Shown: positions 63,919 to 64,000 of the stretch, in pieces
How the letters are laid out: each line of letters starts with the position of its first letter
Numbering within the stretch: position 1 is the first letter of the stretch
Assembly (NCBI GenBank): GCA_002633005.1
Contig: NMRA01000008.1
Location: 1,933,456-1,997,455, forward strand
DNA: 64,000 bases
Reading direction: 5' to 3'
Source of the DNA: Phoronis australis
Lineage: Eukaryota; Animalia; Phoronida
Notes under the pieces: model-generated
What the model saw: only the letters and a program-made list of their open reading frames with translations
Database searches by the model: none
What the model was told of the DNA's origin: nothing
Position numbers and translations under genes: made by a program

Positions 63919-64000
63919 ATGGCGTCGCACGATGCAGAATCGTCTTCGGATAGAAACGTAGAAATTTGGAAGATCAAGAAACTCATAAAAAGTCTAGAAG
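63919..64000 (+). CDS. ETF1: Eukaryotic peptide chain release factor subunit 1 (eRF1), first coding exon, truncated by window edge
   Basis: ATG GCG TCG... translates MASHDAESSSDRNVEIWKIKKLIKSLE; DRNVEIWKIKKLIKSLE is the conserved eRF1 N-terminus. Too short to appear in the ORF track. Confidence 0.93.
   Translation, partial: MASHDAESSSDRNVEIWKIKKLIKSLE

Overview
Eukaryotic, intron-rich invertebrate-like genomic DNA (lophotrochozoan-like by repeat content; inference only). It holds four protein-coding genes, read by hand from GT-AG boundaries and homology recalled from memory. (1) SNRNP200/Brr2, the U5 snRNP helicase, on the minus strand: 36 coding exons from 41811 down to 138 (1972 codons), running off the left edge. 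(2) AUP1 on the plus strand, 12 exons, 44125-55221, 407 aa. (3) PSTK (O-phosphoseryl-tRNA(Sec) kinase) on the minus strand, 5 exons, 63260-57809, 346 aa. (4) The first coding bases of ETF1/eRF1 on the plus strand, from 63919 to the right edge. Introns carry MITEs (Tc2/pogo-, Mutator-, hAT-, TTAA- and Harbinger-like), tRNA-derived SINEs, LINE 3' fragments, minisatellites and a nested-insertion segmental duplication. Two observations stand out. A box C/D guide RNA with an 11-nt antisense element to the 5' end of U4 snRNA sits in intron 7 of the U4/U6-unwinding helicase gene. PSTK (UGA-to-Sec pathway) and eRF1 (UGA termination) lie head-to-head with start codons 658 bp apart.
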